DNA of 63,016 nt, counting the filler, from Choristocarpus tenellus KU-1152 (taxonomy: Eukaryota > Protista > Phaeophyceae): assembly GCA_964200185.2 (NCBI GenBank). It is 12 parts of 12 records of this genome, joined end to end, with 100 filler letters (N's around TTAATTAATTAA, not from the genome) between each part and the next. Parts side by side here need not be neighbours in the genome. Positions count along the whole stretch, not along the records: positions 57,875 to 63,016 come from CAXNAD020011737.1; 11 more parts are not named here. The stretch is one strand, 5' to 3'. The notes beneath the pieces are model-generated. The model was not told the DNA's origin, searched no databases, and saw only the letters and a list, made by a program, of their open reading frames with translations. Shown here piece after piece: positions 62,311 through 63,016 of this stretch (position 1 is its first letter; the number at the start of each line of letters is the position of its first letter). The position numbers were made by a program, and so were the translations under genes.

Positions 62311-63016
62311 AATAAATGCCGAAACAGTTGGTCCTATTTTGTTGGGACTCTAAGTACTCAAAGGTACCCATAAACCAGAGTTTTGGCTTCAATGTTCCAA
62401 ACCTATCAGTACGCATGCATGACGAGTGTTGCCAACATGCCCTACACTAAAATCTGGCGCAAAAAATTCCATCTCCTCTATTCTGTATTTATCTCAAGCT
62501 CCCGGATCGTGATGTACAAGGTATCTTTGGTATAATAAGAGAAAACCCCTGGCTCAGAGCCAAACGAGGAGAGGGACGGGATTTCCTTGCCCAAATCCTC
62601 AGCTCCTGGGTCCCCTTGTGTATTTCTCAGATCTGGGAGTAGGCATTGAAAAGGGTGGTTTGCCTTTTTATTTCGAATCTAATATATTCTTCACAGAATC
62701 GAATCAGCAACCAACAAGGGATACTTAACAGAAAAAACAATCTTGACGTGTTGTGATCATTCATCATAATTAGGAAACAAAAGATATCAGCTATCACCTT
62801 GACGGATTCAATGATTGATCAAATATTCAATGTTCGTACTACTTGTGAACATAATACTAGCAGACGGAATGCAGTCAAGAAAATAGAACCCATGACGAAC
62901 TGATTTATTATTAACTGTATCAGTTTAATTGGTTCCATTCGAATAATTGAGAAATAACTGAGAATTGCGTTTGACCCAAAGTATCTGGGAGGGGGGGGGG
63001 GGGTCTACACCAGGGG

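Overview
Eukaryotic, repeat-dominated DNA, most likely a stramenopile or brown alga. This is inferred from the intron-rich host genes, CPWD-type ankyrin protein, CRE-like LINE fragments and (CCCTAA)n tracts; the species cannot be fixed from sequence alone. The window is not contiguous: it is 12 short contigs joined by artificial 100-bp linkers (44N-TTAATTAATTAA-44N), so adjacency across linkers has no biological meaning. Host-like coding content is sparse: a spliced alpha/beta-hydrolase-like gene with two lesions (11.7-15.1 kb), a spliced CRAL-TRIO/Sec14 gene (23.7-26.5 kb, minus strand), an intronless F-box-like/CPWD-ankyrin ORF (35.5-36.1 kb) and a few orphan exons. The rest is mostly decayed or non-autonomous TEs: Ty3/gypsy (with LTR family, PPT and tRNA-Gln-type PBS), Ty1/copia, RTE and CRE-like LINEs, and mariner, pogo and MULE remnants. 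I cannot demonstrate a complete new system. The best candidates for something undescribed are: (1) two abundant MITE families (about 22 copies) sharing a GRSYS-AAAGTATCT terminus and a GTCCATTTGGG subterminal box, with variable 3- or 4-bp non-specific TSDs; (2) a tandem tRNA-like unit (GAC anticodon, Gln-like acceptor arm) directly abutting a CRE-LINE 3' tail, giving a SINE-like layout; (3) a gypsy integrase ending in chromo-like plus Tudor-like modules; (4) reciprocal nesting of LTR > ITm transposon > solo LTR.
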